From the NCBI RefSeq assembly GCF_009914755.1, contig NC_060941.1: a stretch of DNA of 64,000 nt, one strand, 5' to 3'. Position numbers and translations under genes: made by a program. Source of the DNA: the human T2T-CHM13v2.0 reference genome, Homo sapiens. Shown one piece after another: positions 18,717 through 37,614 of this stretch (position 1 is the stretch's first letter; the number at the start of each line of letters is the position of its first letter). The notes under the pieces were generated by a model. That model made no database searches, had not been told where the DNA came from, and worked only from the letters and a program-made list of their open reading frames with translations.

Positions 18717-18890
18717 CAGTGTTTCTCAAAATGCAGTTCATGGTCCATCTACATCAAAATCACCCTGGAGGTCTGTAAAGTACAAAGTCCTAGGGCCCAC
18801 TAAATCAAAATCTTTGCCGACAGAGCCAGTAACCTGCACTTTCAATAATTTCTCCAAATAATTCCAATGCTCAATATAGCTGGTAACTAT
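18717..18890. mobile_element. MER5-type hAT-Charlie MITE (MIR fragment immediately to the left)
   Basis: cagtgtttctcaaa...catcaaaatcacc...ctgcactttcaa pattern. Confidence 0.6.
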
Positions 18891-19288
18891 CAATATGCCA
18901 TAGTAGACTTACGGCTGACTTGTTTTTAATTTGGGGTTATTTCTCTTACAAGAAATAAGGATAGGACAAAACTCAACTAAGATGCCAGCAAATAAGAATG
19001 TTATAAATAACTGAGAAAACAGCATAATATTTCTTCAGGCTTTTACCACACAGTACTGATTTATTTCAATGACTACCACGGAAATCAATGCGCACATTGT
19101 AAGAGCAGTTAAAATCATTACATGTATTTAAAGCAAACTGACTCTTCATGTGCCTAAACTGAATGCTAATCAATGTTCTATATCTGATATCATTTAGCTA
19201 ACCAAAAGTTTTAGAAGGAAGACCTTAGAACTTTGCAACTTTCAACAGTTCTTTAAGTGTGTAAGTATCATAATTCATTTCCCCCTAA

Positions 19289-19531
<243 letters not shown>

Positions 19532-21103
19532 TGATCCACCCATCTCGGCCTCCCAAAGTGCTGGGATTACAGGCATGAGCCACCGCACCCAGCCAAACAT
19601 AGTCTACTTTTATGAGAACATCCCCATGCTATGAAGTTGTTAAACCTTATTTAAACATGATGATTTATCTTGGTCCTTCTCCCCTTGGTATGGCTTTAGC
19701 CTTACAGTCCTAAGAGGACACATCCCTTCTGCTCACTCTGGAGGCAATCAAATGTTTAAATCAAGACTTAGAATGTACACTTTAAGAGGCTGAAAAATTT
19801 TCAATCCAGTTCAATCCAACAAAATGCATTTCGTCCACTAAACTAAGAAAAACTCAAAGGAATAGGACCTGAGCCATATTCCCAAGGGGCTTGCAACTTG
19901 TGGGGGTAAACAAAATCATTTCCAACAGACTTAGAGATAGGGCAAAAAGCAAATTAATTGCTTCAATTGAAATATAAAGTGTTGCAGAAATGCAAATAGT
20001 AAAATAAATTAACTCAAAGAGAAATGGACAAGCATGACAGAAAAGGCAGCATCTGAATTGGGCTTTGATGACAAACAATCATCTCAATTGTCAAGGGCTG
20101 AAAGATGAAGTACATTCTTAAATGAAGGAAGATTAGGAGTGATGTATATAGTGTAGCTATAATATAAAAGTTCATGGTGTGGTCACGGTATATTGACCAG
20201 TGCTCTGTAGTTGAGGCAAAGAACACACGTGAGGAGAAATGAGCATGGGAAATTAAGTCAAGGATAGGAAACTAAGAGACTCTGAAGCCATGCTAAGGAA
20301 TTTAAACAAAGGTTTCTAAGCAGAGAAGTGAAGTAATTAAAAGAAATTTAATGTCAATTTAATGTGAATTAAAAATACATTTAAAAAATTGTCCTTCATC
20401 CTTTCGTATCATTGAGAGGAAGTAAAATAAGAAAGATAAGAAACTTATAATGATGGCACCAAGAAAGAAAGATGCAAGAAATATGTCTGAGTTAAGATGG
20501 ATAGAATCTAATATGAAGCTTGACAAGGAAAAGTCAAAGGTTAGTCAAGTTAGACACTGGAATTAAAAATACTATCAACCAGGATATAAAACACAGAAGG
20601 AAGAACAAGTTTGCCTTTTTTTTTTTTTAATACCTTTAGGTGGATCATGGCAGGGAAAGATGAATTCACTTTAGATATAAGATTTAGGTGCTAGAAAGTA
20701 TAACCAAGAGGCATTTATTAAAATGAATCTGAGGTTTCAGAAATACCTCAAGAGCAGAAAAGTTCATCTAGGTATCACCTACAAAGATAGGAAGGATAGG
20801 TGAAGCATGGAAATGGCTGTGATGAAGCAAAGAATGTACATCATCCGAGAACAAACTAGAGCGAAGGGCTGATCCACTGGAAATAACTTTTATTTTAAAA
20901 GTAGGTGGTAAAAGGGGAACAGTAAAACTCGTAAGAAATAAGAAGAATATTAGGAAACTACAATGTTTCAAAAGCCAAAGGAGAAGAGAGTTTGAAGAAA
21001 ACTGATTGGTCAACAGTGTTAAAATGCTGCAGAGATGTTAGGAGGTACATGAAACTAAAAAGAAAACAATCATTAGGAATTAGAAGGTCATTATTGTAGG
21101 TGA

Positions 21104-21391
<288 letters not shown>

Positions 21392-21671
21392 TAACCTTGT
21401 GATCCGCCCGCCTTGGCCTCCCAAAGTGCTGGGATTACAGGCATGAGCCACCACGCCCAGCCTAATTCAAGATTTCTTAAGGCAAAAGTATTTTTAACTT
21501 TTAGATACTACTAAAAATCCAAAAAAAGATGATTTTCAAATAAAACGGAGCCATTTTTAACATATTGAAAATTATTTGACTGATTAAATAAATTTGTTTT
21601 CTCTAATAATACAGTGTTTTCAAAAACAGTAAATAAGCAGCTTCTGCTTTCAAAGTAATTTTTTAATCAAC

Positions 21672-22036
21672 TGACAAAGCTCCTTGACCAAATTTTTTAG
21701 GTTCCTCTAAGCTCACTTCTACTAAGTTTCATTCTTGGTTCCCTTCCTGTCATTGGTCTATCCTAGACCAGTTTTAGATAAGAATCCAGCAATAGTCATT
21801 CCCCTCACCTTGGACTGCTTTAGCAAGAATCCCCTACCTTTGATGTCTCCTCTTTGTAATTTTTCTATCCACTGACCACCTCACCTTAATCCTTGGCTAT
21901 AAATCCCCACTTGTCGTTGTTATATTGAGAGCTGAGCTTATCTCTCTCCCCTACTGCAATACCCTTAATTGCAGTAGTCTTGAATAATGTCTTCCTCACA
22001 GTTTTAACAAATATCAGAATAATTTTTTCTTTAACA
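21672..22036 (+). mobile_element. ERV1 solo LTR (MER31-like)
   Basis: TG...CA termini with 4-bp TSD CAAC (21668-71 and 22037-40). Contains tagcaagaatcccct and ttggctataaatccccac motifs. Confidence 0.75.
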
Positions 22037-22769
22037 CAACAAGGCATTTAAGGAAAGCAGTCACACTCTTTTCGATATTAACAGAAAACTAATTTACCAT
22101 ACAATCACAAGTAAAAGTGAAAGTTCAACAGAATATCCATATGAGTAACAATATAAATATTAAGGTAAGTTAGAGTTTACACAGTGAGTATAAAAAGGTT
22201 CCCTCAATATTTTAAGCAAAATAATTTTTTAAAAGGCTTTCCTATTTAAAACAAAGATAAGGGCACTGAAAAGTAGTAGAATCAAGCTTACTGCCCATTC
22301 ATGCCAGAACTTACCAGTCAGAACTTTTAATAATAACAGAATGAAAATGGGAGAAAGTAGCTGGTGTGTAATCTGTAGTCAAGTTATATGTCATATAAAG
22401 TAATGGATACAAATAGCACTTGACACCCAAATTCCTCTATTCAGTCAACAAATACTTATTCAGGCTTGGCCCAAGATTGGAAAGATAGGATAATACTGCA
22501 GACCCCCTCTGCCGGAAAGGATCCTATGAGTTAGGAGACATGACATGTACAAATAAGCAGAATGCTATAAGTAGTTATAATACAAAGATGAATAGGATAA
22601 ATTAATTCAAAAAGGGTACAAGTAAGGTGTTATCAGAGTTCAGAGGAATGAGAGATAATTTCTGATAAGAAGGCAAGAAAAGGTTTCATGAAAAAGAGGG
22701 TATGTGATTTAAGTCTTCATGGATGATTATTAGGATTTAACACGTAGAAGAAAAAGAGAAGGCATTTTA

Positions 22770-22991
<222 letters not shown>

Positions 22992-23167
22992 TCACTTGAA
23001 TCCAGGAGGCGGAGGCTGCAGTGAGCTGAGATCACATCACTGCACTCCAGCCCAGGCAAAAGAGTGAGACAGTGTGTCCAAAAAAAAAAAAAAAAGGAAA
23101 AGCAGAGTGTATTAACAGTTTTCTGTATCCAATGGAAAGAAGAACAGTAGAAATTAACACTTAGGCC

Positions 23168-24670
<1,503 letters not shown>

Positions 24671-24774
24671 GCTTCATTAAGGACAATTCACAGAGGCCTA
24701 TATTTTCCATGCCCAGCATTTCTTTTTATTACATTTTGAAAAAAACAAAACACTGACAAAAAAAAAATTTCTCA

Positions 24775-25367
<593 letters not shown>

Positions 25368-25465
25368 TTAAATAAATTTCTCCTTTATAAGCATATTCTC
25401 ATATTACCAGCCAATTATATATATAAAAAAAGGCAAACAGAAAACAATGAAATGTCATTACTTAC

Positions 25466-25625
25466 AATGTGTGACTCCAGCCAGAGTTTGGTAGAAAGTA
25501 GGAGTATCACTATCATCAGTGAGGGTAACATACACACCTCCAGATAGAAGCCATCGAGAGAAAGTAAAAGCATCTTTGTTTAGAAAAAGCCAATTTCTAA
25601 ACTTTTCATAGTTTACCTTTTCACC
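25466..25625 (-). CDS. USP32: USP32 coding exon (inferred exon 5), 160 nt, phase 0->1
   Basis: Translates GEKVNYEKFRNWLFLNKDAFTFSRWLLSGGVYVTLTDDSDTPTFYQTLAGVTH(L). Acceptor ttttag|GGT, donor CATT|gtaagt. Confidence 0.96.
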
Positions 25626-25933
25626 CTAAAATTAAAACAAGAAAACATAAGTTTAGTCAAATTTTAAGGTATCTTACTTGGAACCTGCACAACCTGAAAT
25701 TTGCAATTAGTTGGCAATTACCTTTCTGCTGTCTACAAAGGAAGGATTATCTAATAACACTGCAGGGTGTATATACATATTTGGAAATCAAACTTTTCAA
25801 AAATACTTGTGCTTCATAACTTCTACTTGCATAAAATCTGTATGTTAACTACAAATTATTTCATCAATTCAGTAAAGCAGTACACTGCCAATAAGCCAGA
25901 TTTTGTTTGCTAAGTATATCCCAAAACCAGTAA

Positions 25934-26250
<317 letters not shown>

Positions 26251-26969
26251 ATCTGCATTTCTTTAAACATTTAATAAATCCAATTTTTCACTTGCCTTAT
26301 CCCTCTTCTTTAGCACTCTTCAATCTGCCTGAGTTACTATATCTTAATTAAATCTGTATGGAATTAAAATACTCTTTAAATTTCATTTGTGAATTAAAAA
26401 CAACTATCCAGGTGTCCTCCTAGAGTAGACATTCAGGATCCCAGAAGGCATCACTGAAAACATGTATGTACACAGAGAACAAAAAGAAGCAAGTTGATTT
26501 CTGTTTCTTTGCTTTCTTTCCAGGTATTTTTCTTGATAAATCTCTGGAGAAAAGTATCCAGGCTGAAAAAGAGCATCATATGGTTGTTCACGCCAATCCC
26601 TTTGCTTGGAAGACAAGAGATCCTAGGTTTAGTGGGAGCCAGGTATTTCTAAGCAGAAAAAGGGAGAAGCAATTCACAAGGAAATACAATGAAGCTACAA
26701 CCTGAACTATTTGATCAGGAAAAAAAAGAAAGAAATACATTGAATAATGACAGTCAAGATTGGAGCAGCTCTAATCCTAATAGACATGCTAAAGAATACG
26801 AATAATTAGTTACCTAAAAGAAATATGGTAGAAACATATCTACATTGTTTAGTAGCATCCCATTAAGTGAGGCGATACTTTTAGCCCGGTACTTTCAGAA
26901 CATTTAACGTGACTGCAATCCAAGCAATCAAGACATTGACAGTCTTGTTTTTCTGAATGGAAGAATATG

Positions 26970-27290
26970 GTGTGAAAGTGGATCATACAAATTGGGTCAT
27001 TCTTGTCATAACTAAATCAGAGTCAACAGGCCCGGGGTAGAAAGCATTCACGATACATTGCTCTCGAAATGTAATTCTCTGTAAGTCCAGCTGCTGAGAT
27101 GACTTGCTGCAACTAATTTTGCCCACCACCATCGCCCACCAACTGAAGTTTGCCAGCTCCCTAAAGCTTTACTAATACCAATGAACTTTCTCTCAGGACC
27201 ATATGTAACACTCCCATTTTTAGAAAACTCCCAACCTTCTCTTTGTTCTTTGGACATATTGAAGATCACCCAGTCTTCATGTATGCCCTA
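26970..27290 (+). mobile_element. ERV1-type LTR fragment (subfamily uncertain)
   Basis: Begins tgtgaaagtggatcatacaaattgggtcattcttgtcata, resembling recalled MER4-group LTR starts. Confidence 0.5.
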
Positions 27291-27533
27291 TACATTTTTA
27301 TTTTGACATTGACAATGACATTCAGACATGTTGCAGGGACATATGAGTACACTGCCAACATGTTTAGAGATGAGAGTTCCTACCCATATTCTTTCTGTAT
27401 CCCATGTTTAGTCTAGAAAGAAGCTTAGTATAAATTCTACAAGCTGATGCACATTTTTACACACATTAACATCTCTGACATTGGGATAAGTCTTAAAATC
27501 AATAGCATCCTTTAATTGTAATTTCTTAGTGGT

Positions 27534-27885
27534 TGCGATATTGTTAAATATATATTTGGTCTTCATCTCTTTTTCTGGCATGCAACTCCTAAAATTCTTG
27601 TAATCTCCAAAGTGATAAATGACTCTGCATGCTAATGAATGGACCCCACAGCTGGGTGGGGGGCTGCTAGATAGCCTCAGGATGGGGGCTGGCCACTGGG
27701 AAAAAAAAAAAGAAAACCACAATGATTAACCTCTAGGGAGGGAGGGGAGAGGGCTTAAAGTTGAGCTGATTACCAATGGTCAATGATTTAATCAATCATG
27801 ATCGCTAGCGAAGATGTCTAGGGGTCAGTTTTGTGGAACTAATCCCTCAAGCTGTGGGATCTGATGCTATCTCCAGGTAGACCCT
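27534..27885 (+). mobile_element. MER21-like LTR fragment with internal deletion
   Basis: gatgggggctgg, gaggggagagggc, caatgatttaatcaatcatg and tgtgggatctgatgctatctccaggtag motifs. Confidence 0.7.
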
Positions 27886-28470
27886 TCTACCACCTTCATA
27901 CAGAGCTAATACCAAATGTTTACAATGTCCTAAGAACTGCTCTAAATATTTCAAATACTAATTTAATCTTCAAAACACTCTCTACAGAAGACACTATTAT
28001 TATCCCCATTTTATCATGAGAAAACCAAGACACCAAAAGGTTAAGGAATTTGCCTACTGTTATACAGTGGAAGAAAGAGGACTGAACTCAGGTAGTCCAG
28101 GCTCCAAAGTTAGCACACTGCCTGTCTAAGTGAAATACAAAGTAATCTCTGAAATTCACTTGCCCATTGGGAATCATTCCACATAACTGGTAGACCAAAA
28201 ATTATACAGTCAAATCTGATTTTTTATGTTTCTGAGTCATGGATCTCTTCTAAAAAGAGAAGAATAGCATAAAATATAAATTTCCATTTTAAGAGTCAAC
28301 AACCTAAAATAAGTCAGTGAGAAAAAAACTTCATACAACACCTAGGTAGATTCCTTTATAACTTCATCTGTCAAGGCTAATAATAAAGCACAAGATAGAA
28401 AAAGCTGAGACCCATATCACTTAAATCTAAGCACTAGGTCCTTATATTTTAGCTAAAGTGCTTCTCTCTC

Positions 28471-28475
28471 TGTGT

Positions 28476-28518
<43 letters not shown>
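28471..28518. repeat. (TG)n microsatellite
   Basis: Direct read. Confidence 0.95.
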
Positions 28519-28520
<2 letters not shown>

Positions 28521-28799
28521 AACACAAAAACAACACAAAGCATTGTTATTGAAGGTCTGAATTAACCTATTCTAATATAAATACTTGGATAGCAATGTTC
28601 TACATGCAATCATCGACACACTACTCAGATATTACAGCAGGCAAATAAATCAAATAGTTGAATCAAATACCAATAGCCCATTTACAATGTTGGTTTTATA
28701 CCAACTAGAGGTATCTAATAGTTCAAATAGCCATATACATGAGCTTCACATTTCTTTGATCTTTTCTCCTCTAAAGATCTTATTAAAAACACCACCAAC

Positions 28800-30130
28800 T
28801 CAGGCATTAACTACCACAGTCTTATGATGTCTTTATTGTAGTAACTTCCTCTTCCCATAATTGAAAATTTAAGCATTCCACTCTTCCTATCACCATTTCC
28901 TCTTATGAGTACATTTCATCTAGTATCCTACACCAGCAATTTTTTAATTCCACAGGACCTACACCAATGACCTACCTGCAGATCACCAAATTTAATGATC
29001 ACTTCTCAGTGATCAAAGGTCAACTCACTAGACCTTCCAGGGTATTTGACATAGTTGAGTTCTCCTTCCTTCTTGAAACATTGTCCTCAGTTGGCTTCCA
29101 GGACACTATTCTCTTTTATTAATCCTCTTTTCTTGCAGGCTATTTCTTAGTGGTCTGTTTTGAGTCCTCTTCATCTCTCCAAACTCTAAACACTGGATGA
29201 CAGGACTCATTCTTCCAACCTGTTTTCTATCTAAACTTACTCCTAGATGATCTCATCCTCACCTGTAAGCCAACAACAAATCCTTTACTCCTCAACAACA
29301 GATTTATATATCAAAAATCACATCTGACAACTCCACTTGAGTGTCTAATAGGATTCTCAAGTGTAATTACAACTTTCTTGATATCCAACCCCCTAACCTG
29401 CTTCTCCATTACTCTTAGCCATCTCAGTTAGTGGTAATTCCATTCATTTACTGAATCAGGCTAAATACTAATCATCTTCCCCCTACTCATTCTGTCACAT
29501 AGTCCATAATCAATACGAGAAAAAATTCTAGGCCAACTCTACCTTTGAAATAAATGCAGAATCTGAAAACTTCTCACTACCTCACTGCTACACCATGTTC
29601 TAAATGACTGATTAAATCACTGACCATTGGTAATCATGACCCTCATGCCTGGATTATTCAGATACCTCAATTGGACTCAGTTCAGCCTACTTCCCACATA
29701 AGATCCAAAGTGATCATGTGTGTAAAAAAAAAAAAAAAGCCTCATATTTTGTTACTCCTCTACTCAAAACCTTCCAGTGGTTTCTATCTCACTCAGGGTA
29801 AAAGTCAAAGGACTCACGCTGTCCTATAGGACAATATATAATCATTTCCTACCACTCCCTTGTTCACACCATTCCAACTAAATTGGCCTTTTTATTGTTC
29901 CTTGGACATACAAGTACACCCCCACCTCAAGGCCTTTGCTATATTCTCTTGATGAAAAGTGGTCCTCCAGATATCTTCATGGTTTTCTTTCTCACTTGCT
30001 ATAAATTATTTACTCAAATCTTAGTTATCTGATAGACCTAAGCATTCTATATAAAATAACAAGATTCAGATTTTCTCTATTACCACCTTCTTCCTTTATT
30101 CTACTTTATTTTCCCCTATAGCACTAATTA
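28800..30130 (+). mobile_element. L2 fragments
   Basis: C/T-rich degenerate L2 text (ttgacatagttga...tccttcttgaaaca...tggcttccaggacac; tactcaaaaccttccagtgg). Confidence 0.65.
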
Positions 30131-31328
30131 TCAGCTAATACATGTGCCTGCTATTGTGTTTAAGTTTTTAGAGTACTGGGTAGCCAACCACCCTTAGTTT
30201 CCATCTACAAAAATGAGAATGTCTGCATAAACCGTATTAAAATGAAAAAATATCATACTTCCTGAAAAAGAAAAGAGTATTAATGTTTTGGACATCTATG
30301 TCAAAAATCCAATCAGTCAAGTTTGCTAGATTATCTTTTTTTCTTACAAGCAAATTTTATTATGGGGGAAAAAAACAAACAAATCATAGCTCAGTTCGTC
30401 CTGAAGTAGTAAATTACTATCACAGCAACTTCCAGTCAATATGTCAGAACCAAAAACACAGGAAGCACATCCTTTTGCACCTGACACTTGGAAATGCTGG
30501 ATAAAACGTTAGCACCATAACCACCGCCAAAAACTGCATGCTAGGCTCAAAAGCAAGAAAGAGATATCACCAGGTGCTATCAACACAGGAGATATTCAAA
30601 ACCAGAGTGGTAAGAAACTAATGATAGGCAGTCCAAAGATATATCAGAACCAGATACATGCAAAGGCTGAAATATGGACAATCAATGTCTATACAGTCAG
30701 GAAGGCAGAGCTAACTCCCCAAATAAAACAAAGAACAATGGAGGACTGTCATACTGGTGAAATGGAATTGTGTCAAAAAGCCACCCAAAAGAAAATGGGC
30801 AGCACTGAGTGCTGCATGAAAGAATCAGAACTTCTAAAGGGATTTTTACTCTACAATCACTAAGGACTTGTCACATACTAGCAGACCTCTGAAAAGAAAA
30901 ATAAAATAATTCTCTCTGTTAAAGATATACTTTTTCTATTGCTGAATTTTCTATTGTTTAATTTTTCTATAAAGACACAATGAAAATATATTATTTTTGA
31001 AAACAGAAAAAATGACTTTCCCCACCCTCTGGTAGAGTCGGGGTCTTGCTACATTGTCCAGGCTGGTCTTGAACTCCTGGGCTCAAGAGATCTTCTCACC
31101 TGGGTCACCCAAAGTACTTGGATTACAGGTGTGAGCCACCTTGCCTGGCCCAAAGATGACAATTTTTTAACACAAATATTTCACTATGCAAATCAACTAG
31201 GTGAAATAAATGACAAAATAGGCTTTGATAAAACAGGTCACAGATGGCTCAAGGCTAATGAATGAATGATATCCGTGATGAAAAGCAAAGACACTACAAC
31301 ATGAGCACTGTTTCAGGTTCCTGCAGGA

Positions 31329-31354
31329 GTGTGTGTGTGTGTGTGTGTGTGTGT
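31329..31354. repeat. (GT)n microsatellite about 270 bp downstream of exon 4
   Basis: Direct read. Confidence 0.9.
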
Positions 31355-31627
31355 ATTACTGTGTTAGTGTGAGTATATAGAATTGTGTTTCATTATACTC
31401 TAAGTATGAATAGTTGCCTTTACAGTAGAATTGAAAATTTTCAGATTTACAAATGTAACAGTAATGAGAGTCATGCAATAGCACATAAATGGAAACATCA
31501 ATAAATATAAAAATGCCAAGAGTAATCTGCACATAAACATCTGTTTGTCATACTTAAAACTTATTACACAACTAAGAGTTAATACTTTGTCAATGAAAAG
31601 GGATAAAATGTAAATCTTTAACTATAC

Positions 31628-31746
31628 CTCTGAGAAACACTTCCTGAGTGTATCTGGGACTTTACCATCCACCACGTGGAGCATTCTTTCCATTTCTTCC
31701 CGTATAACATAGTTCCCAGATTCACTTGAAAAAAGACTAAAAATGT
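31628..31746 (-). CDS. USP32: USP32 coding exon (inferred exon 4), 119 nt, phase 1->0
   Basis: Translates (Y)IFSLFSSESGNYVIREEMERMLHVVDGKVPDTLRKCFSE. Acceptor tttcttag|AC, donor GAG|gtatag. Not in the ORF track; read manually. Confidence 0.96.
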
Positions 31747-32346
31747 CTAAGAAAAAGAAAGATAGAATAAATTAATCTTAACAAAGACCAAATATACGTT
31801 GGTGGAAGTAGGGAGAAAAGACAAAGCTACAATAACTGAGTGATTACTAGGGCCAAGCACCTTATAAATATAGTTTATTCCTTAAAATAATCCAGCAACA
31901 AAAATTTAAAACAGCAGTGTAGTATCTTTTCAAACATGCCAAATTTGCAAAAATCTTTAGGTATTACAATACAAAGTGTTAGCAAAGACTAGGAGAAACA
32001 GGACCTCTTATACACTGTTAATAGGAGCACAAATTATTGCAACCATTTTCATGAGTAATTTGGCAAAATCTAGTAAAGGTCAAGAGACATTCCAGAAACT
32101 CCACTTCCATCTTTGAAAAACTCTGAAACCTGCGTACAAAATACAAGATGTTCACTGAAATACTGTTTGTAAGAGCAAAACTTCGAAAAAAAAAAAAGAT
32201 AAATGTCTGTCAACAAGAGAACAGGTAAAATGAGATACACACAATGAAATACTACATAGAAGTTAAAATATGTGTTTCAAGATGGATAAATATCAAAAGA
32301 TATAATATTCAGAGGAAAAGCAAATGACAAAATCATCTGTATAGTA

Positions 32347-32873
32347 CAGTAGTACCCCCTTATCCATGGTTTTGCTTTCCAAGGTTTCAGTCACCTGTGG
32401 TTAACAGAGGTCCAAAAATATTAAATGGAAATTTCCAGAAATGAACAATTCATAAACTTTAAATTGCACACTGTTCTGAGTAACGTGATAAAATCTCTTG
32501 CCTCCCTCTTTATCCCACCTGGGACCTGAATGATCCTGTTGTCCAGTGTATCCACATGCTACTCGCCTGTTAGTCACTTAGTGGCCATTTTGGTTATCAG
32601 ACTTACAGATCACAAGAAGGGTGAGTACAGGAAGATATTTTAACAGAGAGAGTGACCAGATTCACATAAAACTTTTATTATAGTATATTGTTATAATATT
32701 ACTATTTTATTATTGTTAATATCTTACTGTGCCTAATTTTTAAATTAATCTTTATCATAGATACATATGTATAGGAAGAAACGGTATATATAGGGTTTGG
32801 GACTATCTATGGTTTCAGACATCCACTGGGAGGGTCTTGGAACAGATCTGTGCAGATAAGGGGGGAACTAATG
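32347..32873. mobile_element. MER44-type (Tigger7-derived) MITE inserted in an old L1 3' fragment
   Basis: Terminal inverted repeats cagtagtacccccttatcc / gcagataaggggggaactaatg; preceded by TA. Confidence 0.85.
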
Positions 32874-33154
32874 TGTACCATTTATTTAAAACTTTAAACC
32901 TGCAAAGTAGTTGACAATGTTTAAGGACACATAAACATGTTGTATAAAAACCAGCATGAGAAAAAAATCACCAAATTCATGAAAGTGGTAACCTCTGTAG
33001 AGGGAAGAACAGAATGGGATCATGAAGGGATACAAAGAAAACCTCACCTTAGTTTTAATATTTTTAAAAAATCAAATCAGGGACATATGATACAATGTTA
33101 AGAAATAGTTAAGCTAGGTGGAGGTACGTATTAGATATATGTTTGAAATATTGT

Positions 33155-33592
33155 TGTTATAGGCTGAACTTTATCCCCCTAAAGATATACTGAAGTCCTA
33201 ACCTTGAAGTCCCTGTGTATGTGAGATTATCTGGAAACAGAGTCTTTGTAGATATAATCAAGTTAAGATGAGGTCATTAGGGTGGGACCCAATATAATAT
33301 GACTGGTGCCCTTATAAGAAGAAAAGCACAAACAGAAAAATAAAGCCATGTGTAAGAAAGGCAGGGATTAGAACGATATAGCTGCAGGCCAAGGAACCCC
33401 AAGGATTGTCAGTCATCCTAGAAGCAACAGAGAAGAAAGAATTTTCCCCTACAGGTTTCAGAGAAAGCATGGCCCTGCTGACACTTTGATTTTGGACTTC
33501 TAGCCTTCAGAACTATGAGACGGTAAATATCTGTTGTTCTAAGCTACCCAGTTTGTGGTGCTTTGTTATGGCAGCCCTAGAAAACTAATACA
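33155..33592 (+). mobile_element. MaLR MLT1 LTR
   Basis: gttaagatgaggtcattagggtggg, ttgattttggacttctagcc and ttgttatggcagccctagaaaactaataca. Confidence 0.85.
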
Positions 33593-33654
33593 ATCACATT
33601 TTAAAAAATGAAGAAACTTTAAAAATATGTGTTTGTGACTTAAAAAATTGTTAC

Positions 33655-35500
<1,846 letters not shown>

Positions 35501-36199
35501 TGCTGTACTGTTACCTTAAGCTCCTAGCCTTAAAAAGATCCCCCTGCCTCAGCCTCCCAAATAACTAGGATTACAGGCATGCACTACCATACCTGTCCTG
35601 TATTTTTAATTATTGCTGCCTGGGGCCAATTTATATTTCTGCTGGTGAAGAAATGCTAATTTGCAAAAATCAGGATCACAATTATATTCCAATACATAAA
35701 ACTGGGTTTATGGATACATTCATTATCTTGATTATGGTAATGGTTTACTGGGCATATACACGTGTCAAAACATATACAAATGTGTAACTAAGTATGCTAG
35801 CTCATGTTTGTAATCCTAGCACTTTGGAAGACAGAGGCAGAAGGATCAGTTGAGGCCAGCAGTTAGAGTCCAGCCTGGGCAACCTAGCAAGACCCTATCT
35901 CTACAAAAACAAAATAAAGAAAATAAATTAGCTAGGCATGGTGGCATGCACCTATAGTCCTAGCTACTTGGGAGGTTGAGGTAGGTGGATCACTTGAGCC
36001 CAGGAGTTAAGGGCTGCAGTGAGCTATGTGCCACTGTGCCACTATACTCTAGCCTGGGCTACAGAGTAAGGCTCTCTCCTCTGTCCCCTATCCCCTCCAA
36101 AAACAAAAACAAAACCACGTATCAAAATATATACTTTATATATGTGCATATTATTGTATGACAATTATACCTCAATAAAACTTTTCTTAAAAATGATCT

Positions 36200-37032
36200 C
36201 TTTGTCCATTTTGTGCTGCTATAATAAAATACCACAGATCTAGCAACTTATTATAATGAACAGAGATTTATTTCTTACAATTCGGGAGGCTAAGAAGTCC
36301 AAGGTCAAGGCACCTGCATCCGGCAAAAGGACCTTCTTGCTCTTCCATCATCCCATAGCGGAAAGCAGAAGAGCAAGAGAACACATGCAAGAGGGAGAGA
36401 GAAGGAGGCTGAATTCTTCCTTTATAAGGATGGCACTCCTGTGATAAGAAGCTCACTCCTGAGATAACAGCATTCATTCATTCATGGGTGTGGACCCCTC
36501 ATGATCTAATCATCTCTTAAAGGTCCCACCTCTCAACACTGTTGCACTGGGGATTAAGTTTCCACACATGAACTTTGGGTAACGTGTTCAAACCATAGCA
36601 AGAATTAAAAATAATGGTCTAGATTCAAGAATAGGAGGGGATTCTGAGAAATTTAGAAGCAGTCTCAGGGCAGCAGCTTAGTCTGTTGAGGCTGCTGTAA
36701 CAAAATACCATAAACTGGGTGCTTATAAATAACAGATTTATTTCTCACAGTTCTAGAGGCTGGGAAGTACACCATCAATTCGGTGTCTGGTGAAGGACCA
36801 CTTCCTAGTTCATAGACAGCCACCTTCTCATTGTATCCTCACACAGGGGAAAATATAAAGGGTCTCTCTGGGGCCTCTTTTATTAGGGCACTTAATCTCA
36901 CTCATAAGATACTTATGATTAACCCTCATGACCTAATCACCTCCCACAGGCCCCATCCCCTAATACCATCACCTTGGTGGTTAGGATTTCAATATATGAA
37001 TTTTGAGGGAGACACAAATATTCAGACCATAG
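36200..37032 (-). mobile_element. Two adjacent MaLR LTRs (MST-like 36200-36600; MLT1A-like 36678-37032)
   Basis: gctgctataataaaataccac...caaaccatagca and gctgctgtaacaaaataccataaactgggt...attcagaccatag. Confidence 0.8.
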
Positions 37033-37614
37033 TAGGCAGATTAGAAAAGGAAGAAGGAAGAGAGAAAGACCCAGCATATGGTGTTCAAGAATAAAAGCAA
37101 AGGAATTTTGGGTACAAAATGTTACATTCTGTGTAATATAAACAGCTGCCATACTTCCCCTGGGAAATCTTCAATAAAATATGCAGGGCTTATGAATGCT
37201 TTTGGTAAGGCAGATCTGTCTTTGGGGAGTTCAAAGAAAAGAATGAGGGGACAGAAGACCTTATAAATAATTAAATGAATGAACTTTTTAAAAGTAAATA
37301 AATCTATATCCCACGAAACAGACGGACACTAAGCAACTAAGATTATCTTCCCTTTCACATTTAGCAGGGGAAATGGTGTCCTCTCATTATAGCATTTCCC
37401 TGATCAGCAGGATTTAAAGGTAATGAATAAGGTGCCACTCTTTTCTCTGCTTAGATAATTCACCTAATAAAATTAATTTCTGAAGTTAAAAGTAAAACAT
37501 TAAAAAAATTAAACCTTTTACAAATAACGTATATAAAATGTTATCAGGTAAGTAAACTTTGGTTTTGTTTGTGAAACAAATAGACTACTATGTCTATGTC
37601 ATCAGAATTTTAAA

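Noticed and set aside
21951-21977. 10-bp inverted repeat ctactgcaat/attgcagtag
   Set aside because: Inside an LTR and too short to support an RNA gene call.
27795-27812. Palindromic atcatgat/tcgctagcga (restriction-site-like, possible engineered junction)
   Set aside because: Coincides with an internal deletion point of a MER21-like LTR, and both flanks continue the LTR. No vector sequence.
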